From an uncultured Gammaproteobacteria bacterium (lineage in GTDB: Bacteria; Patescibacteriota; Patescibacteriia; UBA11705), in assembly GCA_964592195.1 (NCBI GenBank), contig CAZQEI010000003.1, positions 20,174-84,173 of the forward strand: 64,000 nucleotides of DNA. Reading direction: 5' to 3'. Below, one piece after another: positions 9,770 through 19,774 of this stretch (position 1 is its first letter; the number at the start of each line of letters is the position of its first letter). A program made the position numbers and the translations under genes. The notes under the pieces were generated by a model, which saw only the letters and a list, made by a program, of their open reading frames with translations, did not search any database and was not told the origin of the DNA.

Positions 9770-9800
9770 AAATCAGCCTAAACCGGCTGTTTTTTATTTT
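9770..9800 (+). terminator. intrinsic terminator CAGCC-N5-GGCTG-TTTTTTATTTT
   Basis: hairpin + U-tract right after stop at 9766. Confidence 0.55.
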
Positions 9801-9909
9801 ATGAGTTTTTAATATATATTCACCCCATTGCCGTGCAGTGGGGTGGCTCAAAGACTTAAATAAAAATTTGTCATTCGCCGACTGCTCGGCAATCGGCTAG
9901 TGTAAACAA

Positions 9910-10929
9910 TCAAAAAACTCTACCCTTCAACAACCCGGTTTGCGCGCCGACGGCAGATAGAACTGCGGCGCTGTTTTTAATTCCCCACTTCATAGCTTTG
10001 CCAAAATCATTGGTTTTAATTAACGCCGCCAAGAAACCAGAGCCGAACGCATCGCCAGCTCCCACTGTATTTACCACTTTTTTGGCTTGGCTACGCTCAT
10101 AGTAATATTTATCTTGTGAATCATGTCCGTAAGCACCGTTCTTGCCATCAGTAATCACCAAATTTTTCATTCGTAACAATTTCAATAAATCTAATAAATA
10201 TTTAGCGTTATTTATTTTAGTTTTGTTGGCGCGTCGTCCAAAGACATTTAGAGCCAACTCAATCGCCTCATCCTTATTCAAGATTAAAAGCTCAACCTTG
10301 GGCAGGAAATGAATCAATTTTTTAAAATCCTTCAATTGTCTACTCCCAGGATTCCACGCAATTTTAATGGGATGCAAATCTTCACGCGTGCGATCTACCT
10401 GTTTAATTATTTCCCTCATTTGAATAGACCAATCGTCCATAGTTAATGATGAAATATAGTACCAATTGGTTTTAACATGGCGTAAATTGGGAAAACGATG
10501 AAAAGTACTGCAACCTTTGTGGGTAAAAATTACGTGTTCATGATCCAATTCAGCATTTAGAACAAAAGAAAAACCAGTTGCATGTTTAGAATCAACAGTA
10601 ACTAAATCAGTTTCCAAACCTTCTTTTTTCAAAAAGTAATAGATTTCTTGGCCATTCCAATCTTTACCAATGCAAACCATAGGCGCGACTTTCAAACCGA
10701 AATTGTGCAAGCCAACCCCAACATTTAACGCACCGCCACCATAAGTTAACGCCACTTGATCAACCGCAATCTTGGCGCCATATTCCATGGCCATTAATTT
10801 TTGTCTGGTTAAATCTTTTTTATTGTTAATAACCGAAATCTGGTCGCTGGCCATAGTCACGTCTTTCAACGCCGCCCCGACCGTCACCACCTCCACTTTA
10901 CGCATATTTTTTGTTTGTGTTTTTATCAT
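9910..10929 (-). CDS. PfkB-family carbohydrate/nucleoside kinase (ribokinase-like)
   Basis: C-terminal VVNTVGAGDAFGSGFL (PfkB signature 2), N-terminal GG..NVG glycine motif. Confidence 0.8.
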   Translation of the reverse strand: MIKTQTKNMRKVEVVTVGAALKDVTMASDQISVINNKKDLTRQKLMAMEYGAKIAVDQVALTYGGGALNVGVGLHNFGLKVAPMVCIGKDWNGQEIYYFLKKEGLETDLVTVDSKHATGFSFVLNAELDHEHVIFTHKGCSTFHRFPNLRHVKTNWYYISSLTMDDWSIQMREIIKQVDRTREDLHPIKIAWNPGSRQLKDFKKLIHFLPKVELLILNKDEAIELALNVFGRRANKTKINNAKYLLDLLKLLRMKNLVITDGKNGAYGHDSQDKYYYERSQAKKVVNTVGAGDAFGSGFLAALIKTNDFGKAMKWGIKNSAAVLSAVGAQTGLLKGRVF

Positions 10930-11021
10930 ATGTAATTATAACATTTTTTTTACAAAATAAAAACATTTTTGTTTTTTTTATTGACAGCACCGCTGTCAAC
11001 TACGGGAATATGTTTATAAAA

Positions 11022-11055
11022 AAATAAAAACGCCCGGGTCGGGGCGCTTTTGAAA
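11022..11055 (-). terminator. bidirectional intrinsic terminator GCGCCC-N6-GGGCGC flanked by A/T tracts
   Basis: hairpin with T-tract on minus strand directly after glyQS stop. Confidence 0.7.
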
Positions 11056-11058
11056 ATA

Positions 11059-12366
11059 TTAATTTAATTTACCATTAAAATATTCCACCAACTGATCAAC
11101 TGCAATTCTTTCCTGTTGCATGGTATCACGATCACGAACTGTGACCATATTATCTTTTTCAATGGTGTCAAAATCAACTGTCACACAATATGGCGTACCA
11201 ATTTCATCTTGGCGGCGATAGCGTTTACCAATGCTTTGCGTTTCATCGTAATCAACTGACCATTTACCATTCAAACTTTGCCACACTTCATTGGCTTTCG
11301 CCGATAAATTTTCTTTCTTTGACAATGGTAACACAGCAATTTGATAAGGCGCCAACATTGGCTTCAAGCGTAACACGACACGCGTTTCACCGTCTATTTC
11401 TTCTTCGTCATAAGCTGTTAACAATACTGCCAACAAAGTGCGATCTAACCCCATACTGGGTTCAATTACATGAGGTAAAAACTTTCGTTTCGTATCTTGA
11501 TCAAACCAAGTCAAATCTTCACCTGAAAATTCTTGATGTCTACCTAAATCATAATCAGTGCGATATGCAATGCCCCAAAGTTCTTCTTGACCGAAGGGGA
11601 AATCATATTCCATGTCAATCGTTCGCTTGGAATAGAAAGCGCGATCTTTATCCGCAATTTCCACATCATGTAACAATTCACGTTTTAAACCAAGTGCATC
11701 AAAGAAGCGGTGCATTTCTTCCACCCATTGTTCAAACAATTTATTCCAATCACCAGATTCGGGGTCAAAGAAATATTCTATTTCCAATTGTTCAAATTCA
11801 TAAGTGCGGAAAATAAAATTACCAGAAGTGATTTCATTTCGAAACGCTTTACCAATTTGACCGATGCCAAAAGGTAATTTCAAATTCTTGGCTTGCCAAA
11901 CGTTTTTATAGTTAGCAAAAATGGCACCTGCAGTTTCTGGTCTTAAATAGGTAATCAAACCTTCACCTTGAGTAGCACCAATTTCAGTTTGAAACATACC
12001 ACTAAACATTTTCTGTTCAGTAAATTCGCCGCCGCAATCAGGACATTTTGAAGCATCTTTTAATTTATCCGGACGAAAACGATTATGGCATTTTTTACAT
12101 TCCACCAAGGGATCTTTGAAGTTAGTCACATGACCGCTGGCCTCCCAAATCTTCGGACTCATCAAAATACCGCCATCAATACCTACCATATCGCGTCGTT
12201 GACGAATAAACATTTGCCACCAAAGTTTTTTGATGTTATTTTTTAACTCCACGCCCAATGGGCCATAGTCATAAGTACTGCCCAACCCGCCATAAATTTC
12301 CGATCCCGGAAACACAAAACCCCGGCGCTTGCACAGACTGACGATTTTATCCATCGAATTGTTCAT
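11059..12366 (-). CDS. glyQS: glycine--tRNA ligase (dimeric GlyQS type)
   Basis: MDKIVSLCKRRGFVFPGSEIYGGLGSTYDYGPLG N-terminus, class II aaRS motifs; ORF extends to 12429 but likely start is MNNSMDKI (12366) or MDKI (12354). Confidence 0.9.
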   Translation of the reverse strand: MNNSMDKIVSLCKRRGFVFPGSEIYGGLGSTYDYGPLGVELKNNIKKLWWQMFIRQRRDMVGIDGGILMSPKIWEASGHVTNFKDPLVECKKCHNRFRPDKLKDASKCPDCGGEFTEQKMFSGMFQTEIGATQGEGLITYLRPETAGAIFANYKNVWQAKNLKLPFGIGQIGKAFRNEITSGNFIFRTYEFEQLEIEYFFDPESGDWNKLFEQWVEEMHRFFDALGLKRELLHDVEIADKDRAFYSKRTIDMEYDFPFGQEELWGIAYRTDYDLGRHQEFSGEDLTWFDQDTKRKFLPHVIEPSMGLDRTLLAVLLTAYDEEEIDGETRVVLRLKPMLAPYQIAVLPLSKKENLSAKANEVWQSLNGKWSVDYDETQSIGKRYRRQDEIGTPYCVTVDFDTIEKDNMVTVRDRDTMQQERIAVDQLVEYFNGKLN

Positions 12367-12471
12367 AATGATATTAATTACGAATGTACGAATTTGTTTC
12401 GAATATTTACGAATTACATCCCTAGCCAATAATTCGGAAAAATTCGTAATTGATTCGAAAATTCGTATTGA

Positions 12472-13026
12472 CTATACCGTCATTATTTCCTTATCCTTCG
12501 CTTCCGCGATATCCTGAACCGTCTTGTTCCAACCTTCAATTTCCTTATCCAATTCTTTCAGGTAATCAAACTTATCATCTTCAGTTAATTCTTTATTCTT
12601 TTCCGCGCTAATAATTTCTTCGCGAATATTTTCACGAATGGAGCGCAAAGCGATTTTTGATTCTTCCAATCTTTCTCTTAAAAGTTTAACCAAGTCTTGT
12701 CGATTCTCCTCGGTCATCATAGGAATATTAATGCGAACGACATTACCATCCACACTGGCCTTCACGCCCATATCAGATTCGTTAATGGCGATTTCAATGG
12801 CTTTGGTAATACTCTTGTCCCAAGGTTCAATACGAATGACTCGTGGTTCTGGGATTGAAATACTAGCCAATTGATTCAATGGCATTTTGGAACCGTAAGA
12901 TTCCACTAAAATTTTCTCCACCATATTCGGATTAGCCCGACCGGTGCGCAAACCATTGCATTCATCTTTAAAATGCTCAATGGCCTTTGTAACAGATTCT
13001 TGATGTTTAACAATATAACTGTTCAT
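12472..13026 (-). CDS. frr: ribosome recycling factor
   Basis: 184 aa, LRTGRANP...RIEPWD...MGVKASVDGNVVRINIP classic RRF. Confidence 0.9.
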   Translation of the reverse strand: MNSYIVKHQESVTKAIEHFKDECNGLRTGRANPNMVEKILVESYGSKMPLNQLASISIPEPRVIRIEPWDKSITKAIEIAINESDMGVKASVDGNVVRINIPMMTEENRQDLVKLLRERLEESKIALRSIRENIREEIISAEKNKELTEDDKFDYLKELDKEIEGWNKTVQDIAEAKDKEIMTV

Positions 13027-13117
13027 ATTACGTCTACTAATGACAAATCAGCTACGAATCTACGAATACAAAATACTAATTCGTATTATTTGTATTGATT
13101 TGTAATTTGTAACTATA

Positions 13118-14182
13118 TTATTTCTTAACTTCTTGATATCCCAAATACACAATTTTATCATTCTTCAAATGCACTTGCATATCGGTAATACGGCTCACGG
13201 ATGGCAAAGCGCGAGTTTCCCAAGTTTCACCACCATTAACACTACGATACAAGGTCTTATCATCGACTAAGAAAATTACCCCCGTATTAACTGAAGACGC
13301 GGCAAAAGCATAGAATGTCGTCTGATCCACTCCGGTAATTAACTTCACTTGAGACCAAGATTGACCGCCGTCTAGGGAACGAACTAAGCCAAACCGGCAA
13401 GTATAGTAAAGTGTATTAGGACTACCTTTAACTAAGTCTAAATCAAAGCCATCATTGACATTACCAGCAAAATCTTTCATATTATCAGCCAAACTCACCC
13501 AGCTGGCACCGCTATCAATAGATTTGTATATATTAGCATTTTCTAGCAAAGCGTAAAGGGTAGTCGATTGATTTGGTTCAATAATCATTTTCTTTATTTT
13601 CTTGTTGAAATCAAACAAGTTTACCCAACTCTGACCGCCGTTCAAGCTTTTATAAACCGTACCATCAGTGGCACCGGCATAAACCACGGTTGGATCAAAG
13701 GGATCCACGATAATTGATATGATTACATCACCACCGTTAGGTGTGTTGAATTTTTGAGACCAAGTACGACTGCAATCACCGCTCTTAAAAACTTTATTAT
13801 CAACACCAGCGTAAACATTACATTTATCTTTTGGATCAATAGCAATACTTACCACTTTTCCGGCCGACAACTTACCAGCCTTGTTCCAACCTTCACCACC
13901 ATTATAAGAATACAACAAACCATCGGTTACAGAACCAGCGTAAATCGCGTCAGTATCAGTCGGATCCATGACAATGGTCGTGATTTGACCACCAGGAATA
14001 TTGGCTTCTACCGCCCCTGCTGTCATCATTTTCACCCGTTGATACCATGTTTCACCACGATCAGGCGTGGCAAAAATACCAGTGGAAGAATTAACCGTGG
14101 GAGCCGCAGTTTTTAACTTGATACATCCGGAGATAGACACACTCAAAGCTACTAACAGAACAAACAATAAAACTTTTTTCAT
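13118..14182 (-). CDS. BNR/Asp-box repeat lipoprotein (sialidase-like beta-propeller)
   Basis: lipoprotein signal MKKVLLFVLLVALSVSISGC; seven S-x-D/N-G-G-x-(S/T)-W Asp-box repeats. Confidence 0.65.
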   Translation of the reverse strand: MKKVLLFVLLVALSVSISGCIKLKTAAPTVNSSTGIFATPDRGETWYQRVKMMTAGAVEANIPGGQITTIVMDPTDTDAIYAGSVTDGLLYSYNGGEGWNKAGKLSAGKVVSIAIDPKDKCNVYAGVDNKVFKSGDCSRTWSQKFNTPNGGDVIISIIVDPFDPTVVYAGATDGTVYKSLNGGQSWVNLFDFNKKIKKMIIEPNQSTTLYALLENANIYKSIDSGASWVSLADNMKDFAGNVNDGFDLDLVKGSPNTLYYTCRFGLVRSLDGGQSWSQVKLITGVDQTTFYAFAASSVNTGVIFLVDDKTLYRSVNGGETWETRALPSVSRITDMQVHLKNDKIVYLGYQEVKK

Positions 14183-14205
14183 AGTTTTTATTTTTATATA
14201 AATAT

Positions 14206-15231
14206 TTATGTTAAAAATAGATTTTCAAAAACAAATTTCGGATTCACATTCTGTTCCAGATATTCCCGAGATTGCGCCAATTTCCAAAACCAATTCTGGG
14301 GTAAAGGTAAAAAGTTTTTTATATCACTCATTAAATTCACATTGTTCACGTGCGATTCATTCCCGGTCATTAACACATAATAATCTCTGGTTAAATGACT
14401 AATTATTTCTAATTTTCGCAACGCTTCATCTCGATTAAAATCTTTAGCGGTTAAAGTTTCAAGCGCTTTCACTCGCTCCCAATTTTTTGTTTGTAATAAG
14501 GGCAAGCACGATTGAATTTGTTCTTCGTAGGCTTGGTAAAATTCCATGTCAGTATTTAAATTTTCTGCCAACGTGGGTCTTCCAGCTGTTACTGCAGAAA
14601 TAGTTCTCGCTCGGTTACGATCAACTCCTTTTTTAACTAAATCATCGTAAACTTTTTCTTTTCCGATGGGTAAAAATTTAACCAACTGACTGCGGGAAAT
14701 TACTGTTGGCAACATGGAATCAATTGAAGTGCTGATCAAAATAATTACAGTCTTCGGCGTTGGTTCTTCTAAAAACTTTAATAAACTATTACTAGCGCCG
14801 TCACTTAGATATTCCGCTTCAGGTACAATAATTACTTTATATCCATTACTGAAAGAATGGTTTCCCAACCGTTCCAATAAATTTCGAACTTGCTCCACTT
14901 TGATCATCTGCTTATTCCCCTTTTCTTCACTGACACCACGTTCCAGTAAATAGTAATCCGCATACAAACCTTTCTGAAATGCTCGACAACTGGGACACTC
15001 ACCGCAACCTAAAGTATTTAATTTTAATTTATCACCATCAAATAGATCATTGTAATTTTCACAAATCAGAAAATTTGCTAATCGCGTGGCCACCGCCATT
15101 TTGCCAATCATTTTTGGACCAGTAAATAAATATACTTGCGCCAACCTTCGTTGTCGTAAACTTGATTCCAACAGATTCAAGATTTTTTCATGGCCGAGAA
15201 TATTCCACTTGGCCTGCGGTTTGTCTGACAT
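14206..15231 (-). CDS. holB: DNA polymerase III delta' subunit
   Basis: clamp-loader AAA+ N-terminus, zinc module GCGECPSCRAF, 341 aa. Confidence 0.75.
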   Translation of the reverse strand: MSDKPQAKWNILGHEKILNLLESSLRQRRLAQVYLFTGPKMIGKMAVATRLANFLICENYNDLFDGDKLKLNTLGCGECPSCRAFQKGLYADYYLLERGVSEEKGNKQMIKVEQVRNLLERLGNHSFSNGYKVIIVPEAEYLSDGASNSLLKFLEEPTPKTVIILISTSIDSMLPTVISRSQLVKFLPIGKEKVYDDLVKKGVDRNRARTISAVTAGRPTLAENLNTDMEFYQAYEEQIQSCLPLLQTKNWERVKALETLTAKDFNRDEALRKLEIISHLTRDYYVLMTGNESHVNNVNLMSDIKNFLPLPQNWFWKLAQSREYLEQNVNPKFVFENLFLT

Positions 15232-15267
15232 AACTGTAATTTATTACAAAATTATTATGTCATTTAC

Positions 15268-15382
15268 TTTTGAACAAGGGGTCTTGACCCCTTGTTTATC
15301 TCAATCTTTCGAGAAAGTAAATGCTTAATAAATATTTTTCGACAAATTATATTTCCAAGGGGTCAAGACCCCTTGTTCAAAA
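15268..15382. repeat. ~115-bp element with perfect 25-bp terminal inverted repeats TTGAACAAGGGGTCTTGACCCCTTG (MITE-like or long hairpin)
   Basis: both arms read directly; each arm itself contains CAAGGGG/CCCCTTG stem. Confidence 0.5.
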
Positions 15383-15420
15383 ATATTTATATCTTCTTGT
15401 TATTATCTAGTATATCAAAA

Positions 15421-16575
15421 CTATCCAAGATTTTCAAAAACTTTCAAAGTTTCGCGCGCAGTTTTTTCCCAAGAAAACTTTTTTATTTGTTCATAACCAG
15501 ATTCGATTAACATTTCTTTCACTTCTGGATTGTCAACCACAGTTTCAATGGCTTTGATAATCGCTTCTTGATTATGAGGATTAAATTTAATCGCCGCTTC
15601 ACCCACGACTTCTGGTAAAGATGCGGCATTGGAACAAACTACTGGGCAACCGCAAGCCATGGCTTCCAATGGCGGAATACCAAAGCCTTCATAGAATGAC
15701 GGAAAAACAAATAAGTCAGCCGTATTATACAATAGCACCATATCAGCCACATTGATGTAATCTAAAAATTTAATATCTTGCGCTTGACGAGAAAGTTCCA
15801 AATTCAATTCAATTTCTTCAAAACTCAAACCTTTCTTACCAGCCAAGACTAATTTATGTTTATCTTCAGGATGACGTTTTTTATATTCCAAAAAAGCAGA
15901 AATCAAACCTTCGACATTTTTCTTTTTTTCCAAGCGACTGACAAACAAAAAGAACGGCGCATCCAAACCATATTGTTCTTTTAATTTATTTTTCTTTTCT
16001 TCTTCAGTTAACTCCAATCGCTTAAACGCTTTTTCATTGTAACTAATTGGAATTACAACGATTCTCGATTCTTCAATACCGTAAACTTCCATTATTTCTC
16101 GTTTAGAAAATTCAGACACAGTAATAATCTTGGTAGCATTCTTCTTAATAAACTTCGCAGTCCAGTTGTGATACAGTTTATCCGCCCAATGATAATACTC
16201 AGGAAACCGAGCAAAACCAATATCGTGCATAGTTACCACTGAAAATCTAGGATTAGCGAGTGGAATTGTATGTGCGGGAACGAATAAAATTTCAGGTTTA
16301 TTGTGAGAAAATTTCATTTCCCAAGTTAAACGAATCAAAGTCCAGAAACGAACAGGCAACCACCATAATATTCTTTCAAAAAAATTCGCCGGGCAAACTT
16401 TCAAATCCCCTTCCAGTGGTCGATCAGAATACAAAAAATACTGATTGGTATTATCAATCTTTTTCAAATTTTCAATTAAGTTGAACGCATACCACTCCAC
16501 GCCTGTTTTAATAGGGCGATTGGCGCGGGAAGCGTCGATGCCGATTAACATATTGGGACATTGACCATTGATCAT
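15421..16575 (-). CDS. GT4-family glycosyltransferase
   Basis: [21 protein letters not shown] motif; GT-B fold signature. Confidence 0.8.
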   Translation of the reverse strand: MINGQCPNMLIGIDASRANRPIKTGVEWYAFNLIENLKKIDNTNQYFLYSDRPLEGDLKVCPANFFERILWWLPVRFWTLIRLTWEMKFSHNKPEILFVPAHTIPLANPRFSVVTMHDIGFARFPEYYHWADKLYHNWTAKFIKKNATKIITVSEFSKREIMEVYGIEESRIVVIPISYNEKAFKRLELTEEEKKNKLKEQYGLDAPFFLFVSRLEKKKNVEGLISAFLEYKKRHPEDKHKLVLAGKKGLSFEEIELNLELSRQAQDIKFLDYINVADMVLLYNTADLFVFPSFYEGFGIPPLEAMACGCPVVCSNAASLPEVVGEAAIKFNPHNQEAIIKAIETVVDNPEVKEMLIESGYEQIKKFSWEKTARETLKVFENLG

Positions 16576-16595
16576 TGACCATTGATCACGGAAAA

Positions 16596-17165
16596 TTATT
16601 TAATACTTCGTATTTCTAAATTTAAATTTGTTGGGGCAATAACTTCAACAGAATCAAAACCTTCATCAGTAGTTGGATTTTCGGTCATAGCAATAAACTG
16701 GTTAATCAATAAGTGCGCGCGTTCATTAAAATCGCCTTGTCTCTCGCCTGCGGTTAAAGTTTTAAGGTGTCGTTCAATAAAAGTTTGTTCATCCAGAGGT
16801 AAAGCAATCGCTTTGATCTTGTAACCGAACTTTTTCAGATCTAAAACACCTTTTCGTGTCGCACGTTGCAGATTAGTGCCGTCATAAATGATTTTTTCCG
16901 GTTTTTCCCTTTCAACAATGGCTTCAATTCTAGCGTTTAACATTTTAGTGGCAACTTCATTCTTTATATCAAATATTTTTTTCTTATTTTCTGCAATATC
17001 AGGAGTAATTAACGCTTTTACTTGTTCATCAAATTCCGAAGAAGCCACAATTTCTTTTATTAACTTATCACGCTCAATCAAAAAATAACCCTGCTCAACA
17101 TACTTTTTTGCCAAAGTGCTTTTACCCGAATATGGCAAACCAATTGTCATGATTATTTCTTTCAT
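16596..17165 (-). CDS. P-loop NTPase, predicted kinase (AAA_33/PNK-like)
   Basis: Walker A GLPYSGKST, Walker B-like IIYDGTN. Confidence 0.5.
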   Translation of the reverse strand: MKEIIMTIGLPYSGKSTLAKKYVEQGYFLIERDKLIKEIVASSEFDEQVKALITPDIAENKKKIFDIKNEVATKMLNARIEAIVEREKPEKIIYDGTNLQRATRKGVLDLKKFGYKIKAIALPLDEQTFIERHLKTLTAGERQGDFNERAHLLINQFIAMTENPTTDEGFDSVEVIAPTNLNLEIRSIK

Positions 17166-17220
17166 AATACCAATTTAACTTTTTGGAATTTAGAATTTGG
17201 TGCTTGGAATTTACGATCCA

Positions 17221-18228
17221 TTATCTCGTAGCTAATATGGATCGTTTATACATATCCAGATTATCAAGAGCAATACCTGTCCCCTTCGCTACGCACAACA
17301 TGGGATCGTCGGCAATGTAGACGGGAACACCGATGGCGCGAGACACGAGCTGATCAATGTGGCGAAGCATACTACTACCACCACTCATAATTATACCTTT
17401 ATCAATCACATCAGCAGAAAGTTCCGGTGGAGTTTGATTCAACACTTCTTTCACAGCGGTAATGATTCCTTCCAAATCTTTTTGCAACGCTTCAGTCACA
17501 TCGTTCGAACTGACAGAAATAGTTTTTGGTAATCCGGAAACCATATCCCGACCACGAACTTCTAAATAGGCTGGTTCTTCGGTATATAACGCACTGCCAA
17601 TTTCAATTTTAATACTTTCCGCTGTTCTTTCCCCTATCGCTAAACCATATTTACGTCGAACATATTCAGAAATAGACGCGTCAAATCTGGTACCACCAAT
17701 GCGAACTGACTTCGAAGCTACAATTCCTCCGAGGGAAATAACTGCCACTTCGCTGGTACCACCACCAATATCAATAATCATGTGACCGGAAGCTGTGCCG
17801 ATCGGAATATTGGCGCCAATAGCCGCCGCAATTGGTTCTTTGATAATGTAAGCTGCGCGCGCGCCAGCCGCAATCGTCGCATCGATCACTGCGCGTCGTT
17901 CAGTGGACGTAATACCGGCGGGAACTGCCACCATGACTTCTGGACGGAAAATTTTAATACCGCCGACCGCTTTGTTAATAAAATACCGCAACATGGCTTC
18001 TGTAGCTTTGTAATCCGCAATCACCCCATCTTTCAACGGTCGTGATGCAATAATTGATTCCGGCGTGCGACCAATCATTTCCTTGGCTTCATCACCCACA
18101 GCTAAAATTTTCTTATCCAAAATCGAAACCGCCACGACTGACGGTTCGTTTATGACAATGCCTTTTTTGGGTAAATGGACCAACGTGTATGTTGTCCCCA
18201 AATCAATGCCGATTTTCTTGATGAACAT
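17221..18228 (-). CDS. mreB: rod shape-determining actin homolog MreB
   Basis: IGIDLGTTYTLV N-terminus, actin-fold phosphate motifs, 335 aa. Confidence 0.9.
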   Translation of the reverse strand: MFIKKIGIDLGTTYTLVHLPKKGIVINEPSVVAVSILDKKILAVGDEAKEMIGRTPESIIASRPLKDGVIADYKATEAMLRYFINKAVGGIKIFRPEVMVAVPAGITSTERRAVIDATIAAGARAAYIIKEPIAAAIGANIPIGTASGHMIIDIGGGTSEVAVISLGGIVASKSVRIGGTRFDASISEYVRRKYGLAIGERTAESIKIEIGSALYTEEPAYLEVRGRDMVSGLPKTISVSSNDVTEALQKDLEGIITAVKEVLNQTPPELSADVIDKGIIMSGGSSMLRHIDQLVSRAIGVPVYIADDPMLCVAKGTGIALDNLDMYKRSILATR

Positions 18229-18230
18229 AA

Positions 18231-19196
18231 TTATTTATCCTCTTCCAATTGCCCCTCCTCTTTCAATCGAATTAATTGATCTGTTTTAAGCTTACTTTCT
18301 TGTTCAATGAAAAATTTATTCACTCCGGGAATCATTCCCAACCAACGACGGATTAAATCCAGGATTTCAACTACCTTAACTTTTACCGACTTCAATAACT
18401 TCCAAACTTCAGCCGAAGTTTCCTCACCAACTTTTTTAAATTCTGCTTGTTTATTAACTGGCATTTTGACGAAATAAGCATCCAAACCATCAGACAACAC
18501 ATCTTCAATCTTGGCGATAGGTTTGGGTTTAGTCTGTTGAGCTGTTGCATGTTGCTGAGCTTGTAAAACCGTGCCCATGTCTTCTTTATGAGCTTCAAAA
18601 TCTTTCTTCTCAGCTTCAGTGGCTTCCAAAATTTCACGACCTTCTTCTTGGGACTCTTCCAAAGTCTCTTCTTCATCCAAGGTTTCTTCTTCCATTTCTT
18701 CAGGCGTAGCCTTCGTTTCTCTACCTTCCATAACCGCCGTTTTCCAAGGTTGAATAGGTTTCTGCACTGGTTCTTCTTTTTCAACTTCATCTAACGAATC
18801 ATCAGAATCACTTTCATTTTCCTGATTTAAAGTTTCTGTCACCCCCAGCGACTTGTCCTCCGTAGCCTTGGCGAAGGAGGAATGCGGGGGCTCTTTATCC
18901 TCTTCCACCACTTCTGGTAATTTTTCTTTCGCCATTTCCTTATCAATTTCCTTCAATGCGGCCTTGATATCAGAATCATCATCTTCTTCCTCATCCAAAA
19001 GATCATCTTCTGTCTCATCTAAATCAGAAACCGGCTCGCTCATGGGAGCTGGCACTGAATCGATTTTTTTTATTTTTGGTTCCTCTTCAATTTTGGCCAA
19101 ATTTGGCGTTTCAAACACCCCTTCTCCGACGGAAGTAGTATCGTCGTTTGCGGCGTTCGAAGTTGTCGCTTTTGTTTTTGTATCGTTAGTCGCCAT
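18231..19196 (-). CDS. highly acidic low-complexity protein (E/D/K-rich), hypothetical, co-transcribed with mreB
   Basis: 321-aa ORF ending 2 nt before mreB ATG; no mreC/mreD recognisable. Confidence 0.5.
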   Translation of the reverse strand: MATNDTKTKATTSNAANDDTTSVGEGVFETPNLAKIEEEPKIKKIDSVPAPMSEPVSDLDETEDDLLDEEEDDDSDIKAALKEIDKEMAKEKLPEVVEEDKEPPHSSFAKATEDKSLGVTETLNQENESDSDDSLDEVEKEEPVQKPIQPWKTAVMEGRETKATPEEMEEETLDEEETLEESQEEGREILEATEAEKKDFEAHKEDMGTVLQAQQHATAQQTKPKPIAKIEDVLSDGLDAYFVKMPVNKQAEFKKVGEETSAEVWKLLKSVKVKVVEILDLIRRWLGMIPGVNKFFIEQESKLKTDQLIRLKEEGQLEEDK

Positions 19197-19308
19197 GGTC
19201 GTATTTTTAAGTTTAAAGTCAATAATATTATAGCAATCATAATTGACAAAGTAAAGCTATAAAGTGAATAAATTTAGGCTAATTTTCATTTAAATTTACA
19301 GATTATTC

Positions 19309-19340
19309 TTGACCGATTTTACTCTATGTGCTATAAATAC
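19309..19340 (+). promoter_or_regulatory. sigma70-like promoter TTGACC-N17-TATAAA(T)
   Basis: read directly; drives a ~340-nt unit ending at hairpin CTCGACG-N8-CGTCGAG + T-tract (~19640-19690). Confidence 0.45.
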
Positions 19341-19774
19341 TTGGTAAAACAAAACGAGGTAGCTAGTGGATAACATCCTCTGGCTCGCAGTGATACACTT
19401 GATGCTCTGGGGATTTTCCCTAATTTTAACGCCAATCACAGATCTAATTCGCCGAGCTGGCTTCAAACAGATGGCTCATCACATGACCCACCTCCATCTC
19501 TTGCCACTCTTGGCTCTGACTTCCCTGTTTCAAACTTTATGGCGTGAAATACGTAACGCTATGCGATAGTCGCTGGACCGCCCCCACAATCACTCTCCCC
19601 CGCGTTCGTGCTTCAAGCACTCTGCTGCGCAATCCCTCCACAAAAAAGAGCTCGACGTCAACTGGCGTCGAGTTCTTCCTTTTTCTGGTAAATTGGCAAT
19701 TAGTAAAGAGGTAAATTAGTACATTGAAATATTTCAAATAACTTCCTTGTACCATTTTACCAGTATACCAATTA

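Noticed and set aside
18392-18790. K-rich 132-aa ORF inside the acidic-protein gene
   Set aside because: Same strand, shifted frame of a GAA/GAT-rich low-complexity region. Shadow ORF.
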